Shown piece by piece: positions 10,675 to 19,361 of a DNA stretch of 64,000 nt. Source of the DNA: an uncultured virus (IMG/VR IMGVR_UViG_3300025902_000018) (Duplodnaviria; Heunggongvirae; Uroviricota; Caudoviricetes); IMG/VR virus record IMGVR_UViG_3300025902_000018; one strand, 5' to 3'. The notes beneath the pieces were generated by a model, which saw nothing but the letters and a program-made list of their open reading frames with translations, had not been told where the DNA came from and did no database searches. Within the stretch, counting starts at the first letter, position 1, and each line of letters begins with the position of its first letter. The translations under genes and the position numbers were made by a program.

Positions 10675-11226
10675 ATGCTGGTTGCTATTTCGGGTCCCTC
10701 TTCATCAGGAAAAGGTACTCTTCTCTATGATCTTGAATCGGCAGGGTACCAAGTTATTCAACTTCAGTATGCCCGAAGGTTACTCAAAGCATATAATACT
10801 TCTGTTACCGAACTGTATCAGAAGTCATTGGCTGAAATTAAAGAGTTTCATTCCCAACTTTTAGAATTCAAAGCTGAGTGTGAAGCTGGATTCATTGGGT
10901 CACACTCATTGGTTCTAGTCGAACGAACATTCTTAGATTTTTATGTGTATCTTACAACCCAGACTCAACATGTTGACTTAGAGTTCTACCTGAAGTGTTT
11001 TAATAAAACTAATGAGTTCTATAAAGGGATTGTGTTTCTATCTCAGTGTCCAGTAGTTGAAGATGACGGTATTAGGATAGTCAATGAAGAAAAGATAAAT
11101 ACACAAAAGGCTTTATTCACGACTATTTGGTCAGACCCCATTTTCACCAATAAACTATTAGTTGTTTCTGAAACAGAGAGACAAGAAAGAACTAATAAAG
11201 TAATCAACTACTTACAAGGATTATAA
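10675..11226 (+). CDS. P-loop nucleotide-kinase-like protein
   Basis: ISGPSSSGKGT Walker A, ERTFLD, DDGIR. Confidence 0.7.
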   Translation: MLVAISGPSSSGKGTLLYDLESAGYQVIQLQYARRLLKAYNTSVTELYQKSLAEIKEFHSQLLEFKAECEAGFIGSHSLVLVERTFLDFYVYLTTQTQHVDLEFYLKCFNKTNEFYKGIVFLSQCPVVEDDGIRIVNEEKINTQKALFTTIWSDPIFTNKLLVVSETERQERTNKVINYLQGL

Positions 11227-11229
11227 GAC

Positions 11230-12246
11230 ATGGATTCACCCAAAGTACCACTGGAACCTTCAATCCCAAAGATTGCAATAACTGATGTAGATGTTTCACT
11301 GTCACAACCCTCAAACGAAGCTGAGAATATTTCAGACAAGACATTCTGTAAACTAACCCTGTCTGCCACTCTTCCTGATGGTTACAACACTGAACTAAGA
11401 GTTGTTCTGGATAAGATTTCAGCATCCCTAGAAAAGAAGATTGACGGGAATGACGATGTTGTTTATGGGGTTCAGATTAAACCCTACTTAAAGACCAATA
11501 AGTTTAGTGGACGTCCTGATGTTTCTTTAGCAGCAATCACTCATATCATTACTGAAATCTTCAAGATCTTTAGTATTGAACCTAATAAGACTCTTACTGA
11601 TAAAGATAAACTCCTAGAAGTTCTCCTCAAAACCAACTTCAAGGGGGCAAAACTGGAGTTTATTGTATTCAGGGATACTACTATTAAGATCAATTCATTA
11701 GCTGATATTGATCAACGGTCAGAAATCAATAAAGCGTTCACTCCGTACCCAGAACGTGGAGTGATTGTAGCCAAAGGTAATCTAGCATTTGATCGTGAGT
11801 TCTTTGCTAAGACCCAGATCGCTTTGTATTATGATATTACCTTGCAATCAGATATCTCTAAGTTAGAAAATTCGTTACTCGCTCTCTATCCAGGTCAGGA
11901 AGATAAGGCTACTCCCAAGGAAGAATCAAAATCACTGTTAAGTTTCAAGGAGTTCTCCAACAAACTACTGCCTGAGTCGGTATCTTCAGATGTAGTAGAG
12001 ATTTTTAAAAAAAAAGTAGAAGCCGGACTTGAGGCTATTGCCTACAACCCCAAAGAAGGCACGGTATTTGACCCACCTGTAACCTTAGACTTCCCTATCA
12101 AGTGGGATAGTCTTAAAAACAAAGAGGTAGATAAGGTTAATGAGATTCTTTTTGGCAAGGTATTCAACTCACCCGAGTTTGTAGTATCTATAGATGGAAC
12201 CACAGTAACAGTTACCCCTTCAACCTTTACCTTCACCCTGAGTTAG
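11230..12246 (+). CDS. Hypothetical protein
   Basis: 338-aa ORF. Confidence 0.6.
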   Translation: MDSPKVPLEPSIPKIAITDVDVSLSQPSNEAENISDKTFCKLTLSATLPDGYNTELRVVLDKISASLEKKIDGNDDVVYGVQIKPYLKTNKFSGRPDVSLAAITHIITEIFKIFSIEPNKTLTDKDKLLEVLLKTNFKGAKLEFIVFRDTTIKINSLADIDQRSEINKAFTPYPERGVIVAKGNLAFDREFFAKTQIALYYDITLQSDISKLENSLLALYPGQEDKATPKEESKSLLSFKEFSNKLLPESVSSDVVEIFKKKVEAGLEAIAYNPKEGTVFDPPVTLDFPIKWDSLKNKEVDKVNEILFGKVFNSPEFVVSIDGTTVTVTPSTFTFTLS

Positions 12247-12446
12247 GAAACTAAATGATCAGTACAAAGTTATCATCCCATGAAGAGTTATCCTTTAATA
12301 AGGTTACTCGCCTTTCTCCAAAACGTAAGAAGAAAACATCCTCTTTTGATTATCAAGATTTCAGTCCAAAGAATCCGTACAAGAAACAGAAGAGGAAGAT
12401 TTCAGTAAGGACTTGGGATGAACATGTAGACGAATGAAATCAAGAA

Positions 12447-12474
12447 AGAGTCCTAGGGAACTCCTAGGACTCTT
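12447..12474 (+). terminator. Stem-loop (probable terminator)
   Basis: aagagtcctagg-gaact-cctaggactctt. Confidence 0.6.
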
Positions 12475-12504
12475 GATGAAAAGTAAAAAAACTAAATAAT
12501 TAAA

Positions 12505-12724
12505 CACCGGTGTAGAACTCATAAGAACTCTACACTTTTAATCCTCTTAGAAAACCAATTAGAGGCTTAATTTTGAAGGTTTTCAGAAACCTTCTTCGAC
12601 AAAGGTTGTCGAATAAAGACGTGGAGAGACTGTACGTCTTTATAACTCATTGGGTTATAAAGAAACTTTGATGAAACGTCTAGAAGAACTATAGGGGTTA
12701 GACTTTACAGTTTTTCAAAACTGT
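12505..12724 (+). ncRNA. ORF-less TnpB reRNA/omegaRNA-like structured RNA, copy 1
   Basis: Similar to 22175-22393 and to the 3' end of tnpB at ~59680-59821 (ttcg.c...gtcgaata.agacgtggagag...tgaaacgtctagaag); ACTAAATA at 12491. Confidence 0.7.
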
Positions 12725-12769
12725 AAAAATAGATTTAAAAAATGGACAAACGTTTAAAGGAGCAACAAC

Positions 12770-15196
12770 ATGGCATATCTGTTAAGTCCAGGAGTCCTGT
12801 CCACAGAACGAGATGAAACTCTAGATGTTCCCTCAGTATCAACCACCACAGCAGCAACCGTAATTGCTTCTGAATGGGGTAGATGTGAAGAAGTTGTTTC
12901 AGTTTTTTCTGAAGCAGACATCCTCAGAAAGTTTTATAAACCCACCATTCACCCTACCGACGCTACTCAGTCTACCTATCAAGACTTCTTTACGATGGCT
13001 AATTTCCTGACCTATGGAAATAACCTTAAAGCAGTGAGATTGGTTGGCGACAATGCTAGAAATGCAAATGCTACTCTAGTAGATGGTACAGTGGGAAATG
13101 TCAATAGTCTTATTATCAAGAATGATAAGACATTTGAATCCCGTAGAAATTCAGGGGTTCTAGCTGACATCGCCTTTGCTGCCAAGTATCCTTCAGAGTT
13201 AGGTAACTCCCTGAAGATCTCAATGGCAGACAAGTATGCGTTTCCCCACTGGGATTTCAAGACCAATTTTGACTATCCGCCAGGGGATAATGAATTCCAC
13301 TTAGTGGTAATTGATACTAGTCAAAAGTGGGATGCTTATGCGTATCAGTCAGTAATTGAAAAGTTTGAAGGTCTATCTTTTGTGGTAGGCGATCGTAGAT
13401 ATGATGGTTCGTCAAAGTATTATAAGACCGCCATCAATGCAGGTTCCGAATATATTTGGGTAGGTGAAGCAGATATTTCAGGGGTTCTGTCAGGCACAGG
13501 GGTAGTTCATACTGTAACTGTAACTGATTACGAACTTGCCCTAACTTCGGGGAGTGTAATTACCGGGGCAACCAGAACAGTTCTTTATACTCCTTCAGGT
13601 GGTACTGCCTCCGCTATCTCATCGTCACAGTATACGGTTTCCAGTAATACCCTCTATATCAAGCCAGATTCAATCACTGCCAATGGTGATGTCTTATTCA
13701 GACAGACTAAGATTTTAACAGTCAGTGGGGTTACTCCTACTGGTGGGGTAGCCACAGTCGTAGACGTTACTTCCCTCCTAGACATTAAGGTTGGTGATAC
13801 CTATGTTATTACCTACCAAGGGGGTTCTGATGCTTCCCCTATTGATGTATTAGCAGATGAGGTAATTGTCAATGAGACAGATGACACCTTTACCTTTGAT
13901 GTAGATCTACTGGATGAAGAAAGTACCGTAGTTATTGTGGTAACTCGTGAGCAGACAGTTGCAGTAACGGCTGCAACGTATGTCATTACTTTAGACCCAG
14001 CTATTTCTCTTGCCGACTTTCCCCAAATCGATATCGTTTATGAACGTAAACTTTATGGTACTCGGAGAACTTTGGTTGCTGCAGATTTCTTGAGGGATAA
14101 CAACAACAATACCATTACCCTAGATCCAGGTATTGTCACTACCGTACCTTCTGGGTTAAACATTGTAACCATTAGATTGTCAAAAGATCCTAATGATGAA
14201 ACCTATAATCCTTATGCCCGTATCCCACTTGCTGGGGGTGTTTCGGATAACGATATTGCCATTCTGAACGACTCTGGGATCCAGAATGTCTGCAATGGTT
14301 TCTATATGTTTAGAAACCCAACCTCTATCGATATCTCATTGATCTTAATGGGACAGTATCTGAATCCAGCCACAGTAAATTGGGTAATTTCCAATATTGC
14401 TGAAACCAGACAAGATTGTGTGGTGTTTATTTCCCCCACTCTATCCTGTGTTCTAGATAATCCAGGGAAAGAGTTAGAGGATGTCATTACCTACAAGAAT
14501 GCTGTAGGGTATGATTCAACCTACTCGGTATATGACTCAGGCTGGAAGTATCAGTACGACCGGTATAATGATTGTTTCCATTGGTTGCCCTTAAATCCAG
14601 ATATCGCAGGTCTATGTGCTCGTACCGACTACACCAATGATCCTTGGTGGTCTCCCGCTGGCTTTAACCGTGGCAGAATCGCCAATGTAGTTAAGTTAGC
14701 CTGGAATCCAGGTTCAGACTATGGTGCAGTAGCCCTTTCAGGAACAGGTATTTCTGGGGAACGTGATGATCTGTATCAAGCAGGCATCAACCCAGTAGTG
14801 ACCTTTACTGGAGAAGGGACCATCCTGTTCGGTGATAAGACAGGTACATCAGTTCCTTCAGCGTTCTCAAGAATCAACGTAAGACGTCTATTCATTGTAC
14901 TAAAGAAGGCTATTTCCAGAGTAGCCAAATACTTCTTATTCGAGTTCAATGATGATCAGACCAGAGAAATCTTTAAGTTAACGGTATCTCCATTCTTACG
15001 TGATGTTGAAGCTCGAAGAGGTATTGAAAAGGGTGGCTGGAAAGTTATCTGTGATGAGTCAGTCAATACCCCAGCAGTTCGTGACAGGAACGAGTTTAAG
15101 GCTGTATTCTTAATCAAGCCTAACAAGTCTATCAACTTCATCTATCTAACCTTCGTTGCTACTAAGTCTAGTTCATCTTTTGGTGAAAGTGTTTAA
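12770..15196 (+). CDS. gp18: Tail sheath protein (T4 gp18-like) with large insertion domain
   Basis: MAYLLSPGV, PWWSPAGFNRG, ERDDLYQAGINPV, AFSRINVRRLF, IKPNKSINFI. Confidence 0.95.
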   Translation: MAYLLSPGVLSTERDETLDVPSVSTTTAATVIASEWGRCEEVVSVFSEADILRKFYKPTIHPTDATQSTYQDFFTMANFLTYGNNLKAVRLVGDNARNANATLVDGTVGNVNSLIIKNDKTFESRRNSGVLADIAFAAKYPSELGNSLKISMADKYAFPHWDFKTNFDYPPGDNEFHLVVIDTSQKWDAYAYQSVIEKFEGLSFVVGDRRYDGSSKYYKTAINAGSEYIWVGEADISGVLSGTGVVHTVTVTDYELALTSGSVITGATRTVLYTPSGGTASAISSSQYTVSSNTLYIKPDSITANGDVLFRQTKILTVSGVTPTGGVATVVDVTSLLDIKVGDTYVITYQGGSDASPIDVLADEVIVNETDDTFTFDVDLLDEESTVVIVVTREQTVAVTAATYVITLDPAISLADFPQIDIVYERKLYGTRRTLVAADFLRDNNNNTITLDPGIVTTVPSGLNIVTIRLSKDPNDETYNPYARIPLAGGVSDNDIAILNDSGIQNVCNGFYMFRNPTSIDISLILMGQYLNPATVNWVISNIAETRQDCVVFISPTLSCVLDNPGKELEDVITYKNAVGYDSTYSVYDSGWKYQYDRYNDCFHWLPLNPDIAGLCARTDYTNDPWWSPAGFNRGRIANVVKLAWNPGSDYGAVALSGTGISGERDDLYQAGINPVVTFTGEGTILFGDKTGTSVPSAFSRINVRRLFIVLKKAISRVAKYFLFEFNDDQTREIFKLTVSPFLRDVEARRGIEKGGWKVICDESVNTPAVRDRNEFKAVFLIKPNKSINFIYLTFVATKSSSSFGESV

Positions 15197-15217
15197 GATC
15201 TAGTACGCCGTTACTAA

Positions 15218-15245
15218 GAATGGGGCTTTCGGGCCCCATTCTTTC
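15218..15245 (+). terminator. Intrinsic terminator after gp18
   Basis: gaatggggc-tttcgg-gccccattc-ttt. Confidence 0.7.
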
Positions 15246-15259
15246 ATTCTGAGGAAACT

Positions 15260-15565
15260 ATGTTTATTGAAACCCCGAATGGCTTTCGGCAAATCCACTC
15301 GTTAATCAAATGGGAAGAGTGTCCAGCTGTTGAAGTTACCTTATTGAGTTATGACCAGTCAAAGACGTTAGTCTGCTCACACGATCATCTTTTAGGGACT
15401 CCAGACTTTACCTTTATCAAAGCAAAGGACAGTCTGAATCAGGTTATTGCTGGGGTAACTGACAATTTTGTGGTAACATCGATTAAAGAACTAGGTCTTA
15501 GAACCTGTTATGATTTAACGGTAGAGGGATCGTGTTACTTTGCTGATGGCATTCTAGTTCACAAC
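15260..15565 (+). other. Split intein C-fragment (IntC1)
   Basis: Block B CSHDH, block F CYDLTV, block G ILVHN followed by Ser+1; block A absent. Confidence 0.9.
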
Positions 15566-15928
15566 TCAACCATCTCAGCCATCTTCTTGCTACATTATGT
15601 TCTGTTTAACTCCAATAAGACTGTTGCTATTCTCGCTAATAAAGAATCTTCAGCTAAAGAAATCTTATTGCGGGTAAAGGTAGCATATCAGAATCTACCA
15701 AAGTTTCTTCAGCAAGGAGTAACAGAATGGAACAAGAACTCTATTGAGTTGGAGAATGGGTCAAGAATTATTGCTTCTGGCTCATCAGCATCCTCTATTC
15801 GCTCTGCTTCAATCTCAGTTCTGTTTATTGATGAATGTTTAACAGGAGATACTAAGGTAACTGTGACTAAAGATGATAAAGAAGAAACAGTATCATTGGT
15901 AGACCTCTTTACCCGTTTAACCCTTTAG
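15260..15928 (+). CDS. terL: Terminase large subunit, middle fragment: IntC1 (102 aa) - ATPase extein (90 aa) - IntN2 (30 aa)
   Basis: ...CYDLTVEGSCYFADGILVHN|STISAIFLLHYVLFN...EWNKNSIELENGS...VLFIDE|CLTGDTKV; the extein resembles T4 gp17 between Walker A and Walker B; own GAGG RBS and stop. Confidence 0.92.
   Translation: MFIETPNGFRQIHSLIKWEECPAVEVTLLSYDQSKTLVCSHDHLLGTPDFTFIKAKDSLNQVIAGVTDNFVVTSIKELGLRTCYDLTVEGSCYFADGILVHNSTISAIFLLHYVLFNSNKTVAILANKESSAKEILLRVKVAYQNLPKFLQQGVTEWNKNSIELENGSRIIASGSSASSIRSASISVLFIDECLTGDTKVTVTKDDKEETVSLVDLFTRLTL
15836..15925 (+). other. Split intein N-fragment (IntN2), 30 aa
   Basis: Block A CLTGDTKVTV immediately after Walker B IDE, then stop. Confidence 0.88.
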
Positions 15929-15936
15929 GAATCCTT

Positions 15937-16512
15937 ATGGCCGTTGATCTACTCAGTTACACCCAACTTCAAGATTACTTTACTGTGCCGAATAATCTAA
16001 ATCTAGCTAGAACTACCAGGGCTAAGATTTTCTTTCAGCGGTGTCCAAATATCAACTTCTTCTGTTCGCGGTTCGAAATCCCAGAGATGACGATTCAAGC
16101 AATAGAGATACCCACCTCTTCTATTAAGACCTTGAATGAGCCAGGGGAACAGTTTACCATTACCCCATTTACCTTTACCTTACTCCTCGATGAGGACTTT
16201 GAGTCTTATCTGGAACTGGTTAGATGGTTTCAGTATGTGGTTAGAAATGGAGTAGTCCCAGAATCGTTTTCAAATGCCCTAGTCTGTCTGTACTCATCAG
16301 AAATGAAACCTCTTATTTCTGTAAAGTTCTGGAGTTGTTATCCAGTTAATGTAGATAGATTAGAGTTCAATTCAAGTGATAATGATGTTATAGAGTTAGA
16401 AATTACCATGGCATTCATTGATCTTGAAATTGAGAAGGTTGAAACAGGAGAACGTTTATTCCAGGACTTTTCAGATGACGTGTTAGTTCCGACTGGAGAG
16501 GCCTGGAGTTAG
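15937..16512 (+). CDS. gp3: Tail completion/sheath stabiliser (T4 gp3-like, tube fold)
   Basis: NINFFC...IP...PGE...FTLLLDEDFESYLELVRW...F..CYP. Confidence 0.7.
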   Translation: MAVDLLSYTQLQDYFTVPNNLNLARTTRAKIFFQRCPNINFFCSRFEIPEMTIQAIEIPTSSIKTLNEPGEQFTITPFTFTLLLDEDFESYLELVRWFQYVVRNGVVPESFSNALVCLYSSEMKPLISVKFWSCYPVNVDRLEFNSSDNDVIELEITMAFIDLEIEKVETGERLFQDFSDDVLVPTGEAWS

Positions 16513-16529
16513 ATTTCACTAAATAGAAC

Positions 16530-16980
16530 AGTATAGTTGACAAATTTAAATCCCTATAAATAACCGTGTAGAACCCGTCAATTTTAAACTATTTAACACC
16601 TGGATACCATGTCAACCCTAAAATCCTTCAAGTTTCGATTAGAACCAACAACCGAGCAAACAGTCTTGTTGAACAAGACTGTTGGGTGTTGTCGTTTTGT
16701 CTGGAACAAGATGGTCACCAACTTCAATTCTTGGAATCCTGAAACTCCAAGTCAAAAAGTCACTTCTAAGACTCTTAAAGACAACCCTGAATTCTATTGG
16801 TTAGGAGATGTCTCTGCTGCTGCTCTTCAGCAAACTCAACGAAACTTCGAAGAAACCAAGAAACAATTCTTTACTTCAAAGGTTTCCAACACTAAAGTTT
16901 TTGAGAACGTACCATTCTCAGCGGGATGGATAAACCTCAATACCTCAGGAAGCACTCTGACTATCCGTTCTGAGTTCTAA
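16530..16980 (+). pseudogene. tnpB: Truncated tnpB (N-terminal HTH only) with its left end
   Basis: KSFKFRLEPTTEQTVLLNKTVGCCRFVWN...SAAALQQ; no RuvC; 16530-16578 nearly identical to 22142-22190. Confidence 0.8.
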
Positions 16981-17008
16981 AAAGGAAAGTCTAAAAGGGA
17001 TTTTAACC

Positions 17009-17395
17009 ATGAAAATTAGCATCGTAAAATACATCCTCAGGCGATTAACTGAAGGATCAACATTAAGAAACCTAGTATTGTTTGTTTCTTCTTTATCTGG
17101 ATTTATTCTTACCGATCAACAAACCAACTCTGTGGTATTCATTATTTTAGGGATTATTGGGTTCTTAGGGGTTGCCTTACCTGATAACCTTTATGATTTT
17201 AAAAGAGATACACTGGAAGATTCCCAGGATATAGGGTTCAATGATAAGAGTGATCTAGATGAAACCATACCTAATTCTTCTGTTACTTCTGGTCGGGTGC
17301 AGCCACAATCCACCGGAGTGCAAACTCCAAGTAAATTGGGCAGAACTAACCAAAAAGACATCGAAGAATTTACAGTCGGATTTGGAGATAAATGA
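17009..17395 (+). CDS. Holin-like membrane protein
   Basis: RLTEGSTLRNL followed by two hydrophobic segments ending GVALPD. Confidence 0.5.
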   Translation: MKISIVKYILRRLTEGSTLRNLVLFVSSLSGFILTDQQTNSVVFIILGIIGFLGVALPDNLYDFKRDTLEDSQDIGFNDKSDLDETIPNSSVTSGRVQPQSTGVQTPSKLGRTNQKDIEEFTVGFGDK

Positions 17396-17450
17396 ACTGT
17401 TTAGGATAGAAGAAGTGATAATTAGTCCCAGATGCACATTACTGTTTTGA
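17259..17450 (+). CDS. Small lipoprotein (o-spanin-like), overlapping the previous gene
   Basis: MKPYLILLLLLVGC lipobox. Confidence 0.55.
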   Translation: MKPYLILLLLLVGCSHNPPECKLQVNWAELTKKTSKNLQSDLEINELFRIEEVIISPRCTLLF

Positions 17451-17460
17451 GGGAAAGACC

Positions 17461-17691
17461 ATGCAACAACTTAAACTTATCGTTCAAATTTTACCTACCC
17501 TAATAGAGTTGATTCGTTCTATAGAGGCAGTTCTTCCAGAATCTGGCATTGGTAAACAGAAACTTCAGTTTGTTCGAGAACTGATTCAGTCGGTAGCCCC
17601 AGAACTTCTGGATGCCTGGCCAACCATCGAGAAGGTGGTTGCTACTATAGTAGGACTTTTTAACCAACTAGGTTTCTTTAAGAAATCTTAA
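17461..17691 (+). CDS. Hypothetical amphipathic protein
   Basis: 76 aa, GAGG RBS. Confidence 0.6.
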   Translation: MQQLKLIVQILPTLIELIRSIEAVLPESGIGKQKLQFVRELIQSVAPELLDAWPTIEKVVATIVGLFNQLGFFKKS

Positions 17692-18014
17692 AGCCACTCG
17701 CCCCCTACTAGGTTTCCTTGCATATCGAATAAAGATGACCATTTTAGTCCATCTTTATAGATACAGGTAAGTCGGTAGTAGTGGTTTGCCTGACTGTTCG
17801 AGGACAAGGTAGTGATAACCTTTATTGCAGCATCAAAGCCGATTATGTCGGCTTTGTTTTTTTGTGGGTTGGAGACAGGTAAAATAGTTCTGCCATTCTT
17901 ACACTTGATATAGATTTGTTTGAATGGTTTAGGAATAGAAGAAGGGGCTTCATGTTTGTGAAGAACCCCATCAAAACTAGTGATATAAAACCCAGCAAAT
18001 AGATTTTGATTCAT
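17688..18014 (-). CDS. Hypothetical protein
   Basis: 108-aa ORF. Confidence 0.5.
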   Translation of the reverse strand: MNQNLFAGFYITSFDGVLHKHEAPSSIPKPFKQIYIKCKNGRTILPVSNPQKNKADIIGFDAAIKVITTLSSNSQANHYYRLTCIYKDGLKWSSLFDMQGNLVGGEWL

Positions 18015-18038
18015 GGAATCACCTAAAAAGGAATAGAG

Positions 18039-18767
18039 ATGAAAAACTTCAGGCTGTTTGTAGCTGAGGCAAGAAAGAAGAAAGTCGTTCAGGATATTTA
18101 TGATCGTGAGTGGGAACGGTTGAAGATGATTAAAGGGGAAGCAGAAGAACTAGGAGAAAAGATGGTAGGATCATTGCAACTTTTCGTTCCTAGACCAGTT
18201 ACGTTTACTGGAGTAAAAGATCTACATCCTACTGGAAAGGTTGAAGAGGTAACAGAGGCCGCCCCCTTCTTCCCTGGAACACGCATGGTATCCCCTCCAG
18301 GAAAAAACAAACCAAGAGTGGCTTTCTGGACGTCTACTGCGATTAAGACTGGAGATGACTCCTACACATCCGATTGGGTTAAGTGGGTTCAAGTGGAAAT
18401 GCCACAGTGGGGGTCACCAAAAGGATATCTTCATAAGGTAAATCCAGGAAATCTCATTGTAGAACTTAATTCAGACTATGATGCTACAGTTTTGTTTAAG
18501 ACATTTCAGGATCTCATGGATAGAGATCCTGGAAATTCATCAGAGGCATTCCCTCTAGGGGATGAGAATGATGAATTTAACTTTAAATATCACATGCAAC
18601 GGTATTTTCCGTGGCATTCAATTACACGGCATTTTGACGCAGTTACTCACACACGTCCAAGATCAAGCTATAGTTTCACTTATGGGTGGGATGTCGAATC
18701 GACAGCTTGGTTTGATATGACAAGATCATTAAAATTTCTTGGAGAAGTAACTGTTTCTTCGGAATGA
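18039..18767 (+). CDS. Hypothetical protein with capsid-targeting-like N-terminus
   Basis: Starts MKNFRLFVAEA. Confidence 0.6.
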   Translation: MKNFRLFVAEARKKKVVQDIYDREWERLKMIKGEAEELGEKMVGSLQLFVPRPVTFTGVKDLHPTGKVEEVTEAAPFFPGTRMVSPPGKNKPRVAFWTSTAIKTGDDSYTSDWVKWVQVEMPQWGSPKGYLHKVNPGNLIVELNSDYDATVLFKTFQDLMDRDPGNSSEAFPLGDENDEFNFKYHMQRYFPWHSITRHFDAVTHTRPRSSYSFTYGWDVESTAWFDMTRSLKFLGEVTVSSE

Positions 18768-19156
18768 ATCGTCTGAAATTACCTATAAGTCCTTTCAACA
18801 GTTAAAGGTAACCCATGTTTAAATTTGACAAAGCATTTTTTAGATTGGATGGACGACTTTATTCTTGGAGTCCTGGCTTTGGTGCACAACTAGAAAGCAA
18901 GGAGTGGTTTCGAGTTCCAGCTGGAGCAGAAAGAACACTTCTAGGAGAAACGTTCCGGGTGTGGCGGTCAGACAGGGAAGGACTAAAGTTCACTACCACC
19001 TGGGGAATGGTTGCCCTGCCTAAAACACTAGATGAAATTCATGAACATCTCAGAGAGTTTAAAGAAAAACTGGTGAAGTTGATTTAACCCCCATTCTTTC
19101 ACCGAAACTGTCATTTTTCCGTTACACCTGTTTTTTTACTGTACAGCAAAAAATGC

Positions 19157-19185
19157 TTGACTTTTGGGGGCGCCTCAAGTATACT
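19157..19185 (+). promoter_or_regulatory. Sigma70 early promoter
   Basis: TTGACT-17-TATACT. Confidence 0.75.
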
Positions 19186-19361
19186 TCAACCAACAAAGGT
19201 AAACAGCAACCCAGGAGACTTCCATGTTCTACATCCACTGGCTCATAGCGTACATGGATTATAACTATCAAGAACATTATTGGTATGCTGTTAAGCAACG
19301 GCAGTTTCAGAACTTTGTTATTTCCAGCTTAATGAAAGATGTTCACTAGGAGGATAAGTCA

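Noticed and set aside
15260..15928. Degenerate terminase pseudogene
   Set aside because: Breaks fall exactly at intein boundaries with intact splice residues, RBS and stops, and complementary pieces exist
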